A DNA stretch of 64,000 bases from the NCBI RefSeq assembly GCF_009914755.1, contig NC_060937.1; one strand, 5' to 3'. Of this stretch, positions 41,185 through 57,500 are shown piece after piece. Made by a program: the position numbers and the translations under genes. Numbering within the stretch: the stretch's first letter is position 1; each line of letters begins with the position of its first letter. The notes under the pieces are model-generated. The model saw only the letters and a list, made by a program, of their open reading frames with translations, was not told where the DNA came from and ran no database searches. This stretch comes from the human T2T-CHM13v2.0 reference genome, Homo sapiens.

Positions 41185-44100
41185 AATGATGTTCTTCTAC
41201 CCAGGAGAAAATTAAGGACACAGGCACAAACTACCATCCAAAAATCTGGAGGCACACAAATCTAAAAAGTCACAGCTAAGATCTGTTTTCATGGGACAGA
41301 ATTTCCAGAATCACAACCAAGAACACTTAAATGGTAATTTTGATCAAATGCTGAAGGGTAATTGTGAAGGACGGTCAGAGTGAGAAGCTCCTTAGGCATG
41401 GAGTCCTAGAAGGTCTCCACACAGTTGTGTGTTCTACCTCTGATCCCCCACCAGTTTGTGGCATTGAAGAACTAATAAAAATTGCATCTTGACTACTGAG
41501 TTTGGGAAGTGGCAGACTTGTCACTGTGAAATATTATGAGAGCATTGTTCATTTAAAGGTGTGCTCTACAGGGGAAAATACATTACCTGAGTCTTATCTG
41601 ACTTGAGGGTAGGGTATTCTCCTACAGGTATCCTATAGTTTTCCGGTATCACATAAGGGGGAGAAAATTTTTACAAGGTATATAATTGATATGATTTGGC
41701 TCTGTGTTCCCCCCCAAATCTCATGTTGAATTGTAATCTCCAGTTTTGGAGGCAGAGCCTGGTGGGTGGTGATTTGATCATGGGGGTGGTTTCTAATGAT
41801 TTAGCACTATCCCCCTAGTTCTGTCTCATGATACAGCTATAATGAGATTGGGTTGTTTGAAGGTATGAAGCATCTCCCTTTCTCCCTCTCTTCCTCCTGC
41901 TCCAGCCACGTAAGACATGCCAGCTTCTCTTTCCACCATGATTATGAGTTTCCTGAGGACATACCAGCCATGCGTCTTATACAGCCTGTGGAACTGTGAG
42001 TCAATTAAAGCTCTTTTCTTTATAAAAACCCAGAGTTAGGTAGTTCTTTATAGCAATATAAAAATGAACTAATATAGAAAATTGGTACCAGGAAAGTGCG
42101 GCATTACTATAAAGACATCTGCAAATGTGGAACTGACTTTGGACAAAGGTTGGAACAGTTTTGAGGGCTCAGTAAAAGACAAGGAGATGAGGGAAAGTTT
42201 TTAACTTCCTAAAGACTTGTTAAATTGTTGTGACCAAAATGATAATAGTTATATGTACAATGAAGTCCGGGCTGAAGTGCTCCCAGATGGAGATGAGAAA
42301 CATATCGGGAACTGGAGTAAAGGTCAGTCTTGCTGTGCTTCAGCAAAGAGACTCTTGGCACTGTGCCCCTGCTCCAGAGATCTGCATAACTTTAAACTTG
42401 CAACATATGATTTAGGGTATCTGGCAGGAGAAACTTCTTGTAGCAAAGCATTCAAGATATTCCCTGGCTGCTTCTGACATTATATACTCATATGTGTTGT
42501 GCAAAGATATTATTTGAAACAGAACTTACATTTAAAAGGGAAGCAGAGCATGAAAATTTAAAAAATGTATCCTGACCATGTGGTAGAAAAGGAAAACCCA
42601 TTTTCTGGGGAAGAATTCAAGCCTACTACAGAAATTTGCATAAATAAAGATAAGCTGAATATCCAAGACAATGAGGAAAATACAGCCAAGGTATTTCAGA
42701 GACCTTTGTGACAGCTCCTACCATCACAAGTCCAGTGGCCTAGAGGGAAAAAATGGTTTCCTGGGCCAGGCCCAGGGCTCCACCGCTTTGTGCAGCCTCA
42801 GGACATGGCATTCTGCATCCCAGCCACTCCAGCTCCAGCCATGGCTAAAAGGGCCCTGGATACATCTCAGACCACTGCTCCAGAGAGTACAAGCCACAAG
42901 CCTTGGTGGCTTCCATGTGGTGTTAAACCTGTGATTACACAAAGGGCAAGAGTTAAAGTTAGGAAGCCTCTGCCTAGATTTCAGAGGATGAAAACACCTG
43001 GATGTCCAGGCAGGAGTCTGCTGCAGGGGTAGAGCCCTCATGGAGAACCTCTACTAGGGCAGTGCACAGAAGAAATGTGGAGACCCCACACAGAGTCCCC
43101 CTGGGACACTGCCTATGGGAGCTGTGAGAAGTGTGCCACCATCCTCCAGACCCCAGAATAATAGATCCACCAACAGCTTTCATTGTGCACCTGGAAAAGC
43201 CGTAGGTACTCAACACCAGCCTGTGAAAGCAGCCATGGGGCCTGAACCATGCAGAGCTACAGGCACAAAGCTGCCCAAGTCCTTGGGAAATTACCTCTTG
43301 TATTGATGTGGTCAGAGGATGTGAGACATAGCGTCAAAAGAGATTATTTTGGAGCTTTGAGATTTAGTGATGGTCCTGCTGGGTTTTGGACTTGCATAGG
43401 GACCGTAGCCCCTTCATATTGGCCGATTTCTCTCTTTTGGAATGGAAGCATTTGTGCAATGTTTCTATTTCCATTGTCTCATGTAGGTAACTCACTTGTT
43501 CATGATTTTACAGGCTCATAGGTGGAAGGGACTTGCCTTGTCTCAGATGAGACTTTAGACTTGGATTTTTGAGTTAATGCTAGAATGAGTTAAGATTCGG
43601 GGGTCTATTGGGAAGGCGTGATTGTGTTTTGCAATGTGAGAAGACATGAGATTTGGGAGAGGCCAGGGGCAGAATGACATGGTTTGGCTCTGTGTCCCCA
43701 CCCAAATCCCATGTTGAATTGTAATATTCATTGTTAAAGGTGGAGCCTGGTGGGAGGTGATTGGATGATAGGGGTGGTTTTTAATGGTTTAGTACTATTC
43801 TCCTAGTATTAACTCATGATAGAGATATCATGAGATCTGGTTGTTTGAAAGTGTGTAGGATCTTCCCTTTTGCTCTCTCTTCCTCCTTCTCCAGCTATGA
43901 AGGACATGCTGGCTTCCCCTTTACCTTCTGCCATAATTGTAAGTTTCCTATGGTCTTGCCAGCCATGCTTCCTGTACAGTCTGTGGAATTGTGAGTCAAT
44001 TAAACCTTTTTTCTTTATAAATTACCCAGTCTTAATTAGTTATTTATAGCAATGAGAGAAAGGACTAATCCAATAATACACTCCCTTGATACCTTACCAC

Positions 44101-45230
44101 CACAGCAATAGGGCTCCAATATAATAATAGTAAATTACCATGAAAGAGCTGTAAGATGCAGATACAGGGGTGCTTTGAAAAGCTCTAAGTCAATAAGGAA
44201 AAGAAAAACATAGTATAAAAATATGAAGCCTCTGGAATCTATGTATAGCAAACATTAAATGCAGTCCAACTTTTAGCCAAACAAACATAAAACCTCTGTC
44301 CAAAAGGCTATTTACCTCATTCCTATTTTCCAATATATTATTTCTAGCTTTCAACAACATAAAATTATAGATTATGGTAAAATGGAGTGCAAAACATAGT
44401 TTGAAGAGACAAAGCAAGCATCAGAATCAGACTCAGATATGACACAGATGTAGAAATTAAGGAAGAAAATTTAAAATAAGTATGATAAATAACAAATGGA
44501 AAATGCAGAAAACATGAAAGAACAAATGGCTAGTTAAAGAAAAGAGATAGAAACCTGTTAGAAAGCACATAAGGAAATGCCAGAAATCATAAAGCACTCT
44601 GACAGCATGAAGAATGCCTTTGTTGGGGTCACCAGTAGACTTGAGCTGCCCATGGAAAAAATAAGTCAGCTTGGCGATTGGTCCATAGAAACTTGCCAAA
44701 TTTAAGTGAAAAAAATGATATAATAATAATAACAACAGTAATTTTAATCAGAATAGAATATCCATAAACTGTAATAAAGTTTTAAAATGTGCAACTTACG
44801 CAAAATGGTAACGACACAAGAGAAAAAAGAGACAAAGGGCAGAATAACTATTTGAATTAATAATTGTTTAAAATTTGCCCAAACTAATGACAAGCACAAA
44901 ACTACAGATCACAGGCCCATAGAACCCTTAGAATACATACAAAGCAAACTGCACCTAAGGCATATCATATTCAAAATGCAGAAAATTAAATATAAAGAGA
45001 AAATCTGGATCAAAGCCAGAGTTAACAAACAAAAATACCTTATCTATAGGGGTACATGCAGAGGAATTACAGTGAAAATTTCATTGGAAACAATGCAAGA
45101 AAGAAAAGTGTGGACAGAAATCTTTAGGCTTTATGTCCTATTTCCAGTGAACTTTTATTCTTAGAAGTAAAGGAAAAGTTAAGAAGTTCAGTCAAACAAA
45201 AGCCTAGGGAAGTCAGTACCATTTGATGGG
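41088..45230 (+). mobile_element. Old L1 (L1MD-like) 5' UTR and ORF1, interrupted by an MST provirus
   Basis: 5' UTR-like sequence at 41088-41686 resumes at 44078; ORF1-like AGAATCAGACTCAGATATGACACAGATG and CATATCATATTCAAAATGCAGAAAA. Confidence 0.7.
41687..44072 (+). mobile_element. Complete MSTA-like MaLR provirus (LTR 41687-42076, internal, LTR 43675-44072)
   Basis: Two homologous LTRs; the internal region starts GAAAATTGGTACCA and ends with PPT GGCCAGGGGCAGAA; 5 bp TSD ATAAT at 41682-41686 and 44073-44077. Confidence 0.95.
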
Positions 45231-45454
45231 GGCAGTTGGAAATAGTATAGCCACTTTGATGGGACAGAGTTTGCCAGTTTTTTTATAAATCTAAGTTTTG
45301 ATTACTAGGTTTAAAGTTATGCTCTGATTAAGAAAACAACAAATTAAAAAAAATCAACCTAACTATATCTTAGGTTTTAACACCGTTCTCCCTTAAGCCA
45401 ACTGGAAGAGCCAATAAAAGCCTGGGACAATTTGAGCATCAAAACAAAAACCTG

Positions 45455-45809
<355 letters not shown>

Positions 45810-48149
45810 TTATCCCAAAGTTTAAAATGAATACCATGATATTATAGATACTAAAATTTCAGATGCATGTCTCAGATTCAATTAGAGATATTTTCTTTCT
45901 TTCAAATAAATGTGTGTTCTTGAGTAAACAAGTGTAATTTAATTAAAATTAACAGATTACAAATATACATAGCACTATCAAGAATGGGAAAGCACAAGAA
46001 TTAGTTTAAATAGCATCATGTTTTCTGAATAATTAATAAGATCATCTTATAAAATAAAATGCCACTGATAAGCTTTTGAAATAACTTATTCTCACAATTT
46101 TCTTCAGATTACACATAGTATACCTGCTAAATGGAGTTCTCAAAGCTTCCATAAACAACTTATATTAATTTTTAAGAAAACAGGTTCCATCAGGTATCAT
46201 ATAAAGCATTAAATATTTACTTTTAAATAAAAAGTTACAAAGTAATTATTAGAGCAGTTTGATTACTGAAAAACTGGACAAGGGAAAGAAAATACAAGGT
46301 AATTTTATATTACTTCAACTTCGTCATTTAGGCATTTATCTGTCAATATTTAAAAAGTTTTTTAATAAAATGCATATATAAATTCAACTTTGCTTTTCAA
46401 AACTATGGCATACTTACTTGATGGAATTAAATATTGAAAGAAAAAATACTTGCCACAGTATAATATTCTTGAAGAAAAATAAGAAACTACTGTGCTTTGA
46501 AAAAACTACTGATGAATATCTATTCAACTACAACGCCTAAATCATGCTGAAAATTGTAAGAAATGTTGAAGATTCACAACCTTGCGTTTCAGGCAACAGG
46601 ATGTGAAAAGGAGAATAGAATTTGCACTTGTCTTGGATTCAATATCTCAAGTAGTACAGAAAATCTATTGCTAAGAAAACAAGACAGTGAGACTAAAAAT
46701 GATATCTGTAAATAGTTTAGAGAATAAAAATTGTAGAATCCAGTAAATCTCAACTCCTTCCACCTGGGTAAAGGTCTTATTTTTCTTAAGGATATTTTGA
46801 AATATTAGACAGTATTCAATTTTTCAATTTACCTTAATCTTTTTCAAGTTCAAATATAGTAAAGGAAGATATTAAGCATCATGAAATGAGACCAGTAAAA
46901 AGAAAAATAGTTTCATGCTAAATTTACGGCATTTACTATGGCTTTTGCACAAGATAAATTCCAAAATCTGAGGGAAATTGGTGTGTATTTAGAACTACAA
47001 AAAATAAATAAACAAAATAGATTTAGAATGCTGTATGTTTTACAATTTGTGATCAGAGTAGCTTTTATTAACTAAAAGATATATACATTGCACTATTATT
47101 CAATAACATATTCAAAGTGGTGAAACTGGCTCAAATTCACTAAAAATTCAGTGTGAAATGTTTAAAAATTATTACAATAACTTCATGCAAGTTTATTCTA
47201 CTTTCTTATTGCCTAATGTAATATATTAATACTTTAAATATTCATGTAAGATTATGCTGTTAAATATATCAGTAAGCACACTTTCTATAATATATTTCAG
47301 TGCAGCCAAATATGAGGCTTCTTTGATGATAATATGTATATGTTGCACATAATTTTCAAGGCATTCTCAGGAATCATTAATACAAAATTTTGTTTTACTG
47401 TGTCTCTTTCTATTGCATATATTATAAAAACATCAAAAACATGACAAGAAGACAGGAGAAAGAACTGTAGTGAATATTTGGAAATATAAGCTATAATTAT
47501 TACCAAAATGTAATGAGTAAGTAGAAAATAGCAAAAGTAAAATTAAGAGCGGCATAGAATACAGGATTAAGATGGCAGAAAGTAAACACTTCTCCCTGAG
47601 ATCTAACCTAAAATTTAAAGGAATATCAGGCAGCAATTTACAAACTAATAAATTCATCAACATAGGAATAAAACCATTTAAACAAGAATGTCAGAAAGGC
47701 TAAAATGTTAGAAATTCATAGAAATATTTTAAGTCTTTACATTAGCAAAATAATGACAATTTTTGAGAAAACAATATTTCAGAAGAATTATAAGTGGAAA
47801 GCCAAATTAAGTCACTTATAGACCCAAATCAGGGTGATCTGAGTAGGAAAATACATTTTGACATCTAAATCATGTTGTTCATGATATTATTACCTCAGAT
47901 TTTTTCCCCATCAAGTGATTTGTTTTAAAATTATCTAGTTAACTTAATTGAAGCTACAGAGCAATAAGTACAATAAACATGCTGCAATTTCATGCAAGAA
48001 AGATTAATCTTCATATATTTTATTCAAAGAAATAAATCCTATAGAAGAGATTACATCTCATATAATTTCATCTATATTTTTAAATGTACATGAAATGCAT
48101 GCAAAATATTCATAGGAGAATTATACCTATAGCCTCAAGCACTAAACGG

Positions 48150-48500
48150 GGCAATGATTTCCAGGTTGATTTTTAGATTTGATATTAATCCAGTAGATTT
48201 TTCAAGAGAAATTTTTGTGGAATCTGGTAAGGCCAATCTAATATTTATATGAAAATGCAAAGAAACCCTGATACCCAGAAACACTATCAAGGAGAGCAAC
48301 AATTAGAATGTCTTACAGCAACCAAAAACTTAGAGGAAAAAGAACACTAGTATGAAGAAACAGAAATTATGTCATTGTGATATTGTGCAAGGATTTGAAA
48401 CTTAGCCAATGGAAATGATACATGCATATAGGAACCTGTTATTTTTGACAAGTTGGGGCTGGAAATTAGTGAAAAGATGAAAAAATTCTGTAGTGAATTG
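48150..48500 (+). mobile_element. Old L1 ORF2 fragment
   Basis: CTAATATTTATATGAAAATGCAAAG...TTTTTGACAAG. Confidence 0.55.
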
Positions 48501-48537
48501 TGTAGAGTTGATTGAGTGATCAAAGTAGGATAAAAGT

Positions 48538-49717
48538 TGTTGACTGAAATTAAAATTATTGAGGCAGAAATAATTTGATAGGGGTTTATTGAAAGCCAAG
48601 TTTGAAGATTGACTCTGGAACACACATCATCAAAGCTAGGTATGTTATAACCTCTGTTAAAAGCTGAAATATTTTTATGAAAAATAAAAATATTTATGAA
48701 AAAGTTTAGGAGAAGGGTGAAGGACTGCTCATATCAATGTTGTCCTTTTTTATTGGAGGTTATAATATAGAGGTTAAGGGCAAGGAAATACATTCACACA
48801 ACATCTATTTACTGTAGAAGACAACAGGTAAGCTAAAATGTTTTGTGCACAAGACAATTAGTATAACTTTATAATTTGGAAATAAATTAGTCCCATTTTA
48901 AGTGTTGGTAGATATGTATTAATTAGTAGGTGTATTAGTCCATTTTCATGCTGCTATAAAGATACTATCTGAGACTGGTTAGTTTATAAAGAAAAAAGAA
49001 GGTTTAATTAACTCAGTTCTGCATGGATAGGAGGCCTCAGGAAACTTACAGTCACGGCAGAAGGTAAAGGGGAAGCAGGCATCTCCTTCACAAGGCGACA
49101 GGAGAGAGAGAGAGTGTGAAAGGGAAACTGCCACTTTTAAAACCATCAGATCTCATGAGAACTTCTTCACTATCATGATAACAGCATGGGGCAAACACCC
49201 CCATAAGCCAATTACCTCCCACCAGGACCCTCCCCTGACATGTTGGGATTATAATTTGAGATGAAATTTGGATGGGGACACACGGCCAAACCATATCAGT
49301 ATATCAATAGTTTGAGAAACTCATGATAAAATTGTGAAGATTCATTAAGAATTTGTATTTAAGCACAGGATGTAAGCCATGATATATGACCACTTCTAGG
49401 CAGTCAAAATATAGTTTTTTTCTTTACATGTAGGGATGCATGCCTTAACATTTGTCTGACATAGCTTCAGATCCTGTTTATTATTCAGTATCTGATTGTC
49501 ACAATGAGTCTTTTTCTTCTGCCTTATGATCTCTCTTTTAGCATTACTGCTGGTCAGTTGCGTCTAAACGGTGAAAGGGAGGGATATAATGAGTCATGTC
49601 TGACCTCTGGTCCTGTTATGGCTGGGATCTCTGTTTTTAAGGCTTCTCTGGGGTCCCCTTGGCCAAGAGGTGATCTGTTCAATGGTGGGGGTCTTAGAAG
49701 CTTATTTTTAGTTTACA
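48538..49717 (-). mobile_element. MER4-family ERV1 solo LTR, interrupted by a MaLR LTR
   Basis: The minus strand starts TGTAAACTAAAAATAAG...CCTCTTGGCCAAGGGGACCCCAG and ends ...CAACA with AATAAA upstream. Confidence 0.75.
48931..49298 (-). mobile_element. THE1D/MSTA-like solo LTR
   Basis: TGTATTAGTCC...GAGGCCTCAGGAAACTTACA...CCAAACCATATCA. Confidence 0.93.
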
Positions 49718-50154
49718 AAGGACAACATGACCAATTCCTCATCCCATAAACAAAATTAGTTCCTGGTATATAAAAATGTAAAAGATGAAACAATAAAGAC
49801 AGTAGAAGTTCATACAGAAAAATCTTCATTATTTTGCCATTTGGCCACATTTTCTGAATAGGTCAAATAAAACAACAGCTATCAAATATGAAGAATTATT
49901 TTTTTTATTAACAGAAACCATTAAAATAGTGACAATATAACATGTAATGTCTGTGAATGACTGGAAATGTTAAAGGGTTGAAGTTTAAAAAATATAAAAT
50001 AATCAAAAAATAGGAAAAATAAAAAGAGAGGACTTAAAGTGGTACTAAAATTTTAAAATATAAAATGACAAACGAGCACAAGAATTTTAAAAATCCAAAA
50101 TTTATGTCATGAAAGAAATAAGTTATGTTATAGGTAGCAAAAATGTCATAGTAT

Positions 50155-50465
50155 TGTGATAGTTAATTTAATGTGTCCCCTTGTCTAGGCTATGATGCCT
50201 ACTTGTTTGATCAAATCCTACTCGTAGTAAATAGATTATTGACTTTAAGTAAATATATTAAATGACATTTTTTGGATAGACCTCATCCAATCAGTTAAAA
50301 GTCTTCAGAGCAAAATTGAGGTTTCCCAGAGAAGGGGGCAATCTGCCACAAGACTGTAAAATAGACATTTGAATTTCCAACCTGTTGTTCTCCCCCACAG
50401 ATTATGGATTTTCCCACCACATAGTCATGTATGCCAAATCCTTAAAATCTCTTTCCCTCTATATA
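50155..50465 (+). mobile_element. MLT2D-like LTR fragment
   Basis: TGTGATAGTTAATTTT...CCTCATCCAATCAGTT...GAGGTTTCCC. Confidence 0.75.
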
Positions 50466-50514
50466 ATTTTATTTTAAAAATTTAATGTGGAAAATTTTAT
50501 TTCCACATGGTCAC

Positions 50515-52546
<2,032 letters not shown>

Positions 52547-52599
52547 GCACATCATTCATAATAGTAACTGAAATAGAAAGCCAAATACCAATTAAGAAT

Positions 52600-53000
52600 A
52601 AAATTTTAACTGAAATAAGCCAGGGAAATAAAGACAAATGTCTCATTATCTCACTCATTTAAAATCTGGAATTTAAAAAGGTGGATGCCAGGGGCTAGAG
52701 AGGTTTGATGGGGAGACGGTTGGGGAGTTGTTAGTTAAGGGATACCAAATTTCAGTTAGGCAGGCACAATAACTTTAAGAGATCTGTTGCACTAGTTGAT
52801 GACTTTAGTAATAGCAACACATTGCATTCTTGACAAAAATGCAAGAAAGTGGAGGCCAAGTGTTCTCATGACAAAATTATTGAGGTAATGCATATGTTCA
52901 TTAGCTAGATTTAGTCATTCCACAATGTATACATATCTTTAAAGCATTATGTTGTACATGGTAAGTCCATTATATTATCTGTCAATTTTTAAAAATTGAG
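52600..53000 (+). mobile_element. L1MA-like 3' end
   Basis: TGAAATAAGCCAGG...AAATTTCAGTTAG...TTAGCTAGATTTAGTCATTCCACAATGTATACATAT. Confidence 0.85.
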
Positions 53001-53481
53001 GAAAAAAGTTTAAAAAAATCACTAACTCAAATTAATTTACAAATCAATGTTGCCATTTTATCTCATGCTACATGCAGTATATAATATGAAAATACAATAG
53101 GTTTACAATGTGAAAAGAAAGAATAAAATGTATGTGAATTGTTATATCTTTGTGTATTTCTGTAGGACAGATAATAAAATCAAATGTACTTCAGTTTTAT
53201 GTTACAACCTGAACATTTCTATTAAAAGGACAGATAAGAAAGAATTCATCCTGTATGATTCTATTTGCATGAAATTCAAATTATAAAAAGCGAATAATTT
53301 GGGTTAAAATAAGAATGCTAATAAAGTGGGAGAAGTAATAATAGAGAGAAGCCATAAGGCAGCTTTAACATGCTAACTTAATTGTATTTGTTGCACATTT
53401 TGAAGGTACATGGCTATAATTACTTTGGAGAATTTACTGAGCTTTATATTTAAGATTTGTACATGCTCACATGTATATGTG

Positions 53482-53833
53482 TGATATGGTTTGGCTGTGT
53501 CCCCATGCAAATCTCATCTCGAATTGTAATCCTAATTGTAATTCCAACGTGTCAAGGAAGGGACCTGGTGGCAGGTGACTGGATCATGCGGGCTGCTCCC
53601 CTATGCTGTTCTCACAAGATCTGATGGTTTTGTAAGTGGCAGTTTCCCCTGCACTCTCTCTCTTGCCTGCCACCATGAAAGATATGCCTTGCTTCGCCTT
53701 TGCCTTCCACTATGATTTTAAGTTTCCTGAGGCCTCCCCAGCCATGCATAACTATGAGTCCAATAAACCTCTTTTCTTTATATATTGTCCAATCTCACTT
53801 ATTCTTTATAAAATGTGAAAATGGACTAATACA
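53482..53833 (+). mobile_element. THE1 (THE1D-like) solo LTR
   Basis: TGATATGGTTTGGCTGTGTCCCC...GGACTAATACA; TSD ATGTG at 53477-53481 and 53834-53838. Confidence 0.95.
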
Positions 53834-55810
53834 ATGTGTATGAAAAATATACAGTATATGAAAAGAATATGGTATAAGTCAGTAAAAAGTTTAAAATGGA
53901 AAGGTCATCATACAGGATTAATATTGACTATATCAATGACTAATTTCAAGTCAAATAAGGTGAAGGTGCTAATTAAAGGAAAAACAAAATTTTATGTATC
54001 CTTGTGTATCATTGGGTACCACAGGATCCTAGTGGTAATTTGCAACTGTATCATATTGTATAATTATAAACATATAAATAGAAATAACTTTCTTAAACTC
54101 AAGTTCTTATGGCAATAAAACATCCTGCTTGTTTACAAAAATATATATTAAAAAATAAAATTCAAATTAACATTACTTTAGTATGACAGGTGTTGTTTTG
54201 CTCAAATTAATCACATCCCAGAAGTAAAGTATTTTTCTATTGATGACTTTTTATTGCAAATTATCACTCCAAAGAAGAGTTCAGTCTTCTTAAATGGTAA
54301 AATAATTCAACCTGACAACAATAGCAGATGCTGTTAATAACAGTAATCAGTTTTTGTCTCAATAAAATTAAGACATTCCAACTTAATTTTGCTGAATATA
54401 TATATTTCCAAACATGAACACCATATTTTACACTCTTTTTTTGCTCATTAACAGTTAAACCATAAATACATTTAATGATGCACTGAAAGCCAAAACTTGA
54501 ATATGTTTGTCATTTAATTATTATTGTATAGGTTTATTTTATCACCAAAATAAAAAAAAAAAGGGAAGATGAACTACAAATGTGAAACTTGGAAACTTAC
54601 AAATATTCAGTGGTTATTGAGAAATAGCCAAGACTATTCAACATGGATTTAAAGAGCAAATTTAGTCTAATAATAAATACTAAACTGACTAGACAATTGG
54701 ACTTCATGAATACCTAAAGTTCCAAATCTTAGAATGTGATGCAGAAAAATACTTGTTTCTCAGATAGGAAGTTCCAGCCTACTCTATGACAATGTCTTCA
54801 TTCTGGAAGTTGGCTGTGTAACCCCTTCACTCCTGTGTAAAATGGTCATCTTTGCTGAGGAATTGCTCTCTGAAGATATGTCACAACCAATCCTTACTTG
54901 TTATAGATACAATTAGATATACAATAATTATGGATAAACATAATGGATACAATTATGCTGTGCCATTACTTACTCTTTCTCAGTCCCTTGCAGGGTACCA
55001 GTTGACTTATCAGATTGTTGTTTCTCCTTGCAATTCCTCTTGAGTAATTAATAAATTTAATACCAAATGTGTTTTGAATTTGTGTTTGCATTTCTGTTTT
55101 CAGCTGGGACTTCATTTAAAACTTAGGGAGTGTAATTTTAAAATAGCCTGCTCTGAGTACTTTATCGACAAGAATTTAATATACAAACTGCTAAGCATGA
55201 AAATAATAAAATTTAAACCGGGCAACTGGGAATTTCTTTAGGATGTTTTCTCCTCTTATAATGACATTTAAGCCACTTCTCAAATCTAGCAATTGATCTC
55301 AACAGTTCTTTACTGATTTCTCTTACTGAGCTGTTATTTCTGAAAACTTTACTGCATTTATCACTAAGCACAGTGTTATAATCATGTGAAAAATCGTTCT
55401 TTTTCTTAATTTTTTTCAGGATTGCTACTCCTTGTTTAAATGTTCATATCTTTCCTCTTCAATGACCATTTTTCTCGTACATTTCTTCTTTCCTTTGTAT
55501 TTCAGGTAGGCGAATTAAACTTTTCTTTCTTTTTTTTCTCATTTTTTATATACACTCTCTTTTGCTCTCACAGTAAGACAAAAAATATATTTTGCCAGAG
55601 AATATTGTAATTTTTGAAGAAAAATACTACTTGAGTGTCAGCAAGTAAACAAATGAGTAATAGAATAAATACATTTCAAATGCCTCCACAAAAATTATGC
55701 TTCTCTAGCAGTGGTAGGTTTTTGTGGAAACTGAAAATATTGCTTATTTTTAAACCTCTATTTCCAAAATGTAAAGGTTCCTGTTTGTCAACAATTTGTG
55801 GCCATGCCAG

Positions 55811-55990
55811 TGTTTTAGTTTGCTAAGATGTCCATAACACAATACCACAGACTGAGTGGCTTAACCATCATAAATGTATTTTCTGATGGTTTTGGGGGCT
55901 AGCAGTCCAAGCACTGTTAGTATGTTTTGTTTCCTCTGAGTTCTCTCTCCCTGTCTTGCAGACGGTCACCTTCTTGCTCTGTATTTGTGT
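55811..55990 (-). mobile_element. MLT1A/B LTR 3' fragment
   Basis: TGTTTTAGTTTGCTAAG...ATACCACAGACTGAGTGGCTTAA. Confidence 0.8.
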
Positions 55991-56228
55991 AGTATTTACA
56001 TATAACCAACACACATCTTCCCAGATACATACAACATTATCTCTAGATTACTTATAATACCTAATACAATGTAAGTGCTTTGTAAATAGTTGTTACACGG
56101 TATTCTTAAATTTGTATTATTTTTTATTATTGTAGTCTTATTTTCATTGAGTTTTTTTCTTGATTATTTTCATTTCACAGTTGGTTGAATCTATGAGTGC
56201 AGAAGCCATGAATAGAGAACCAAGTATT
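55991..56228. mobile_element. MER2 (Tigger-type) fragment
   Basis: ATCTCTAGATTACTTATAATACCTAATACAATGTAA...GTTGGTTGAATC. Confidence 0.85.
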
Positions 56229-57324
56229 CATACATTAAAACATTTGATTTTAAATATATTCTTCCTTGGAAAGACCTCATTTAAAAACACCTTCTAGCAA
56301 AGTGAAAATGGAACCTCAAAAAGATTAAATCATGATTTCAAGGGCTGTCCTTGAAACATAAACAGGGCCCTTAAATAAACAGGGCAATGCGAGGCATCTC
56401 AGAATGAGTATCCTCTGTGTTAAACAAAATAAATCAGAATATATTACATAATTTGATAGTATTAATAAAAGGTTGGGATTTATAAATGATATATTTACAA
56501 AGGTTTAAAGATGATGATGCTGAAGCAAACCGTGTTGAGGGGAATACACAAGAAATTAATAGTTCAGGTATGAAAAGACATTCAGAATATTTGAGAAATT
56601 TTGGTAAGAAAAGAGAAAGTATTTAATATATATACTTCACTTTTTTCTTTGAAAGTTATATGTTATGATATCACTTTATTCATGAGTCCAGTAAAACCAT
56701 ATAATTGTGCTTTCATAAATAACATACCTACAATTGATAATATTTTTTCAATTTTTATAATTAACCTAATGTAAAGCATAAAAATCCAATTTTAAAGAAT
56801 GAATATATAATAAATATTATAAAAATAATGTTATAGCTTATAATATTTGGAAGCATGGGAGATACAAATAAAATAATAAGACAGGAGTGAAGGGTAAACA
56901 TTTTCTGATACATATCAGGAGGTACTTCTTAAAATTTATGTTCTGTAATATTAATTAGTTGAAAAGGTAAATGTAAGTCATGATAACATGTATCTTCTTA
57001 CAAATAGCCTATCACTTCATACCAGAATATATTGAGTTATCATTTCTAAATGCAAGGATTTTTACAATATCAATATTCCTTCTGAATTTTTTTGTACTAT
57101 TTTGCTTTTACAACCTAGCATCACAACAATCCATCTGAATTAAAAGACAGCCAGAATCGTTCAAAGAGTAGGGGGAATTTTGGAGTTATATTTAATTTAC
57201 ATTAACATCCTATCTTTGAGAGCTTGTAATAGCTAATTATATAAAAAAGTGTCATTAAATCTGCATGTATGATATCTAAGATTACTTTTATTAAAATGAT
57301 GCCTTCCTCTAACCTACCTTTTAT

Positions 57325-57500
57325 TTTCAAACACTTGCTATGCTTACATACATTGTTGTTTTTAATGTTCACTTTGGTTTCCATTATTATCCCCATTTTT
57401 CAGGTGAGAAAAAAATACATCTTGGTGTTTGCCTTAGTAGCCATCACAAAAGTTATGTCCTGGTTACAGTAGTTAGAATTTGCACTTAATTAAACAATTT
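57325..57500 (-). mobile_element. MIR fragment
   Basis: ATTATTATCCCCATTTTTCAGGTGAGAAAA core. Confidence 0.55.

Noticed and set aside
55420-55505. Exon-like segment (TTTTTTCAG acceptor to CAG/GTAGGC donor)
   Set aside because: Such signals are common by chance in T-rich DNA, and there is no partner exon or coding signal.
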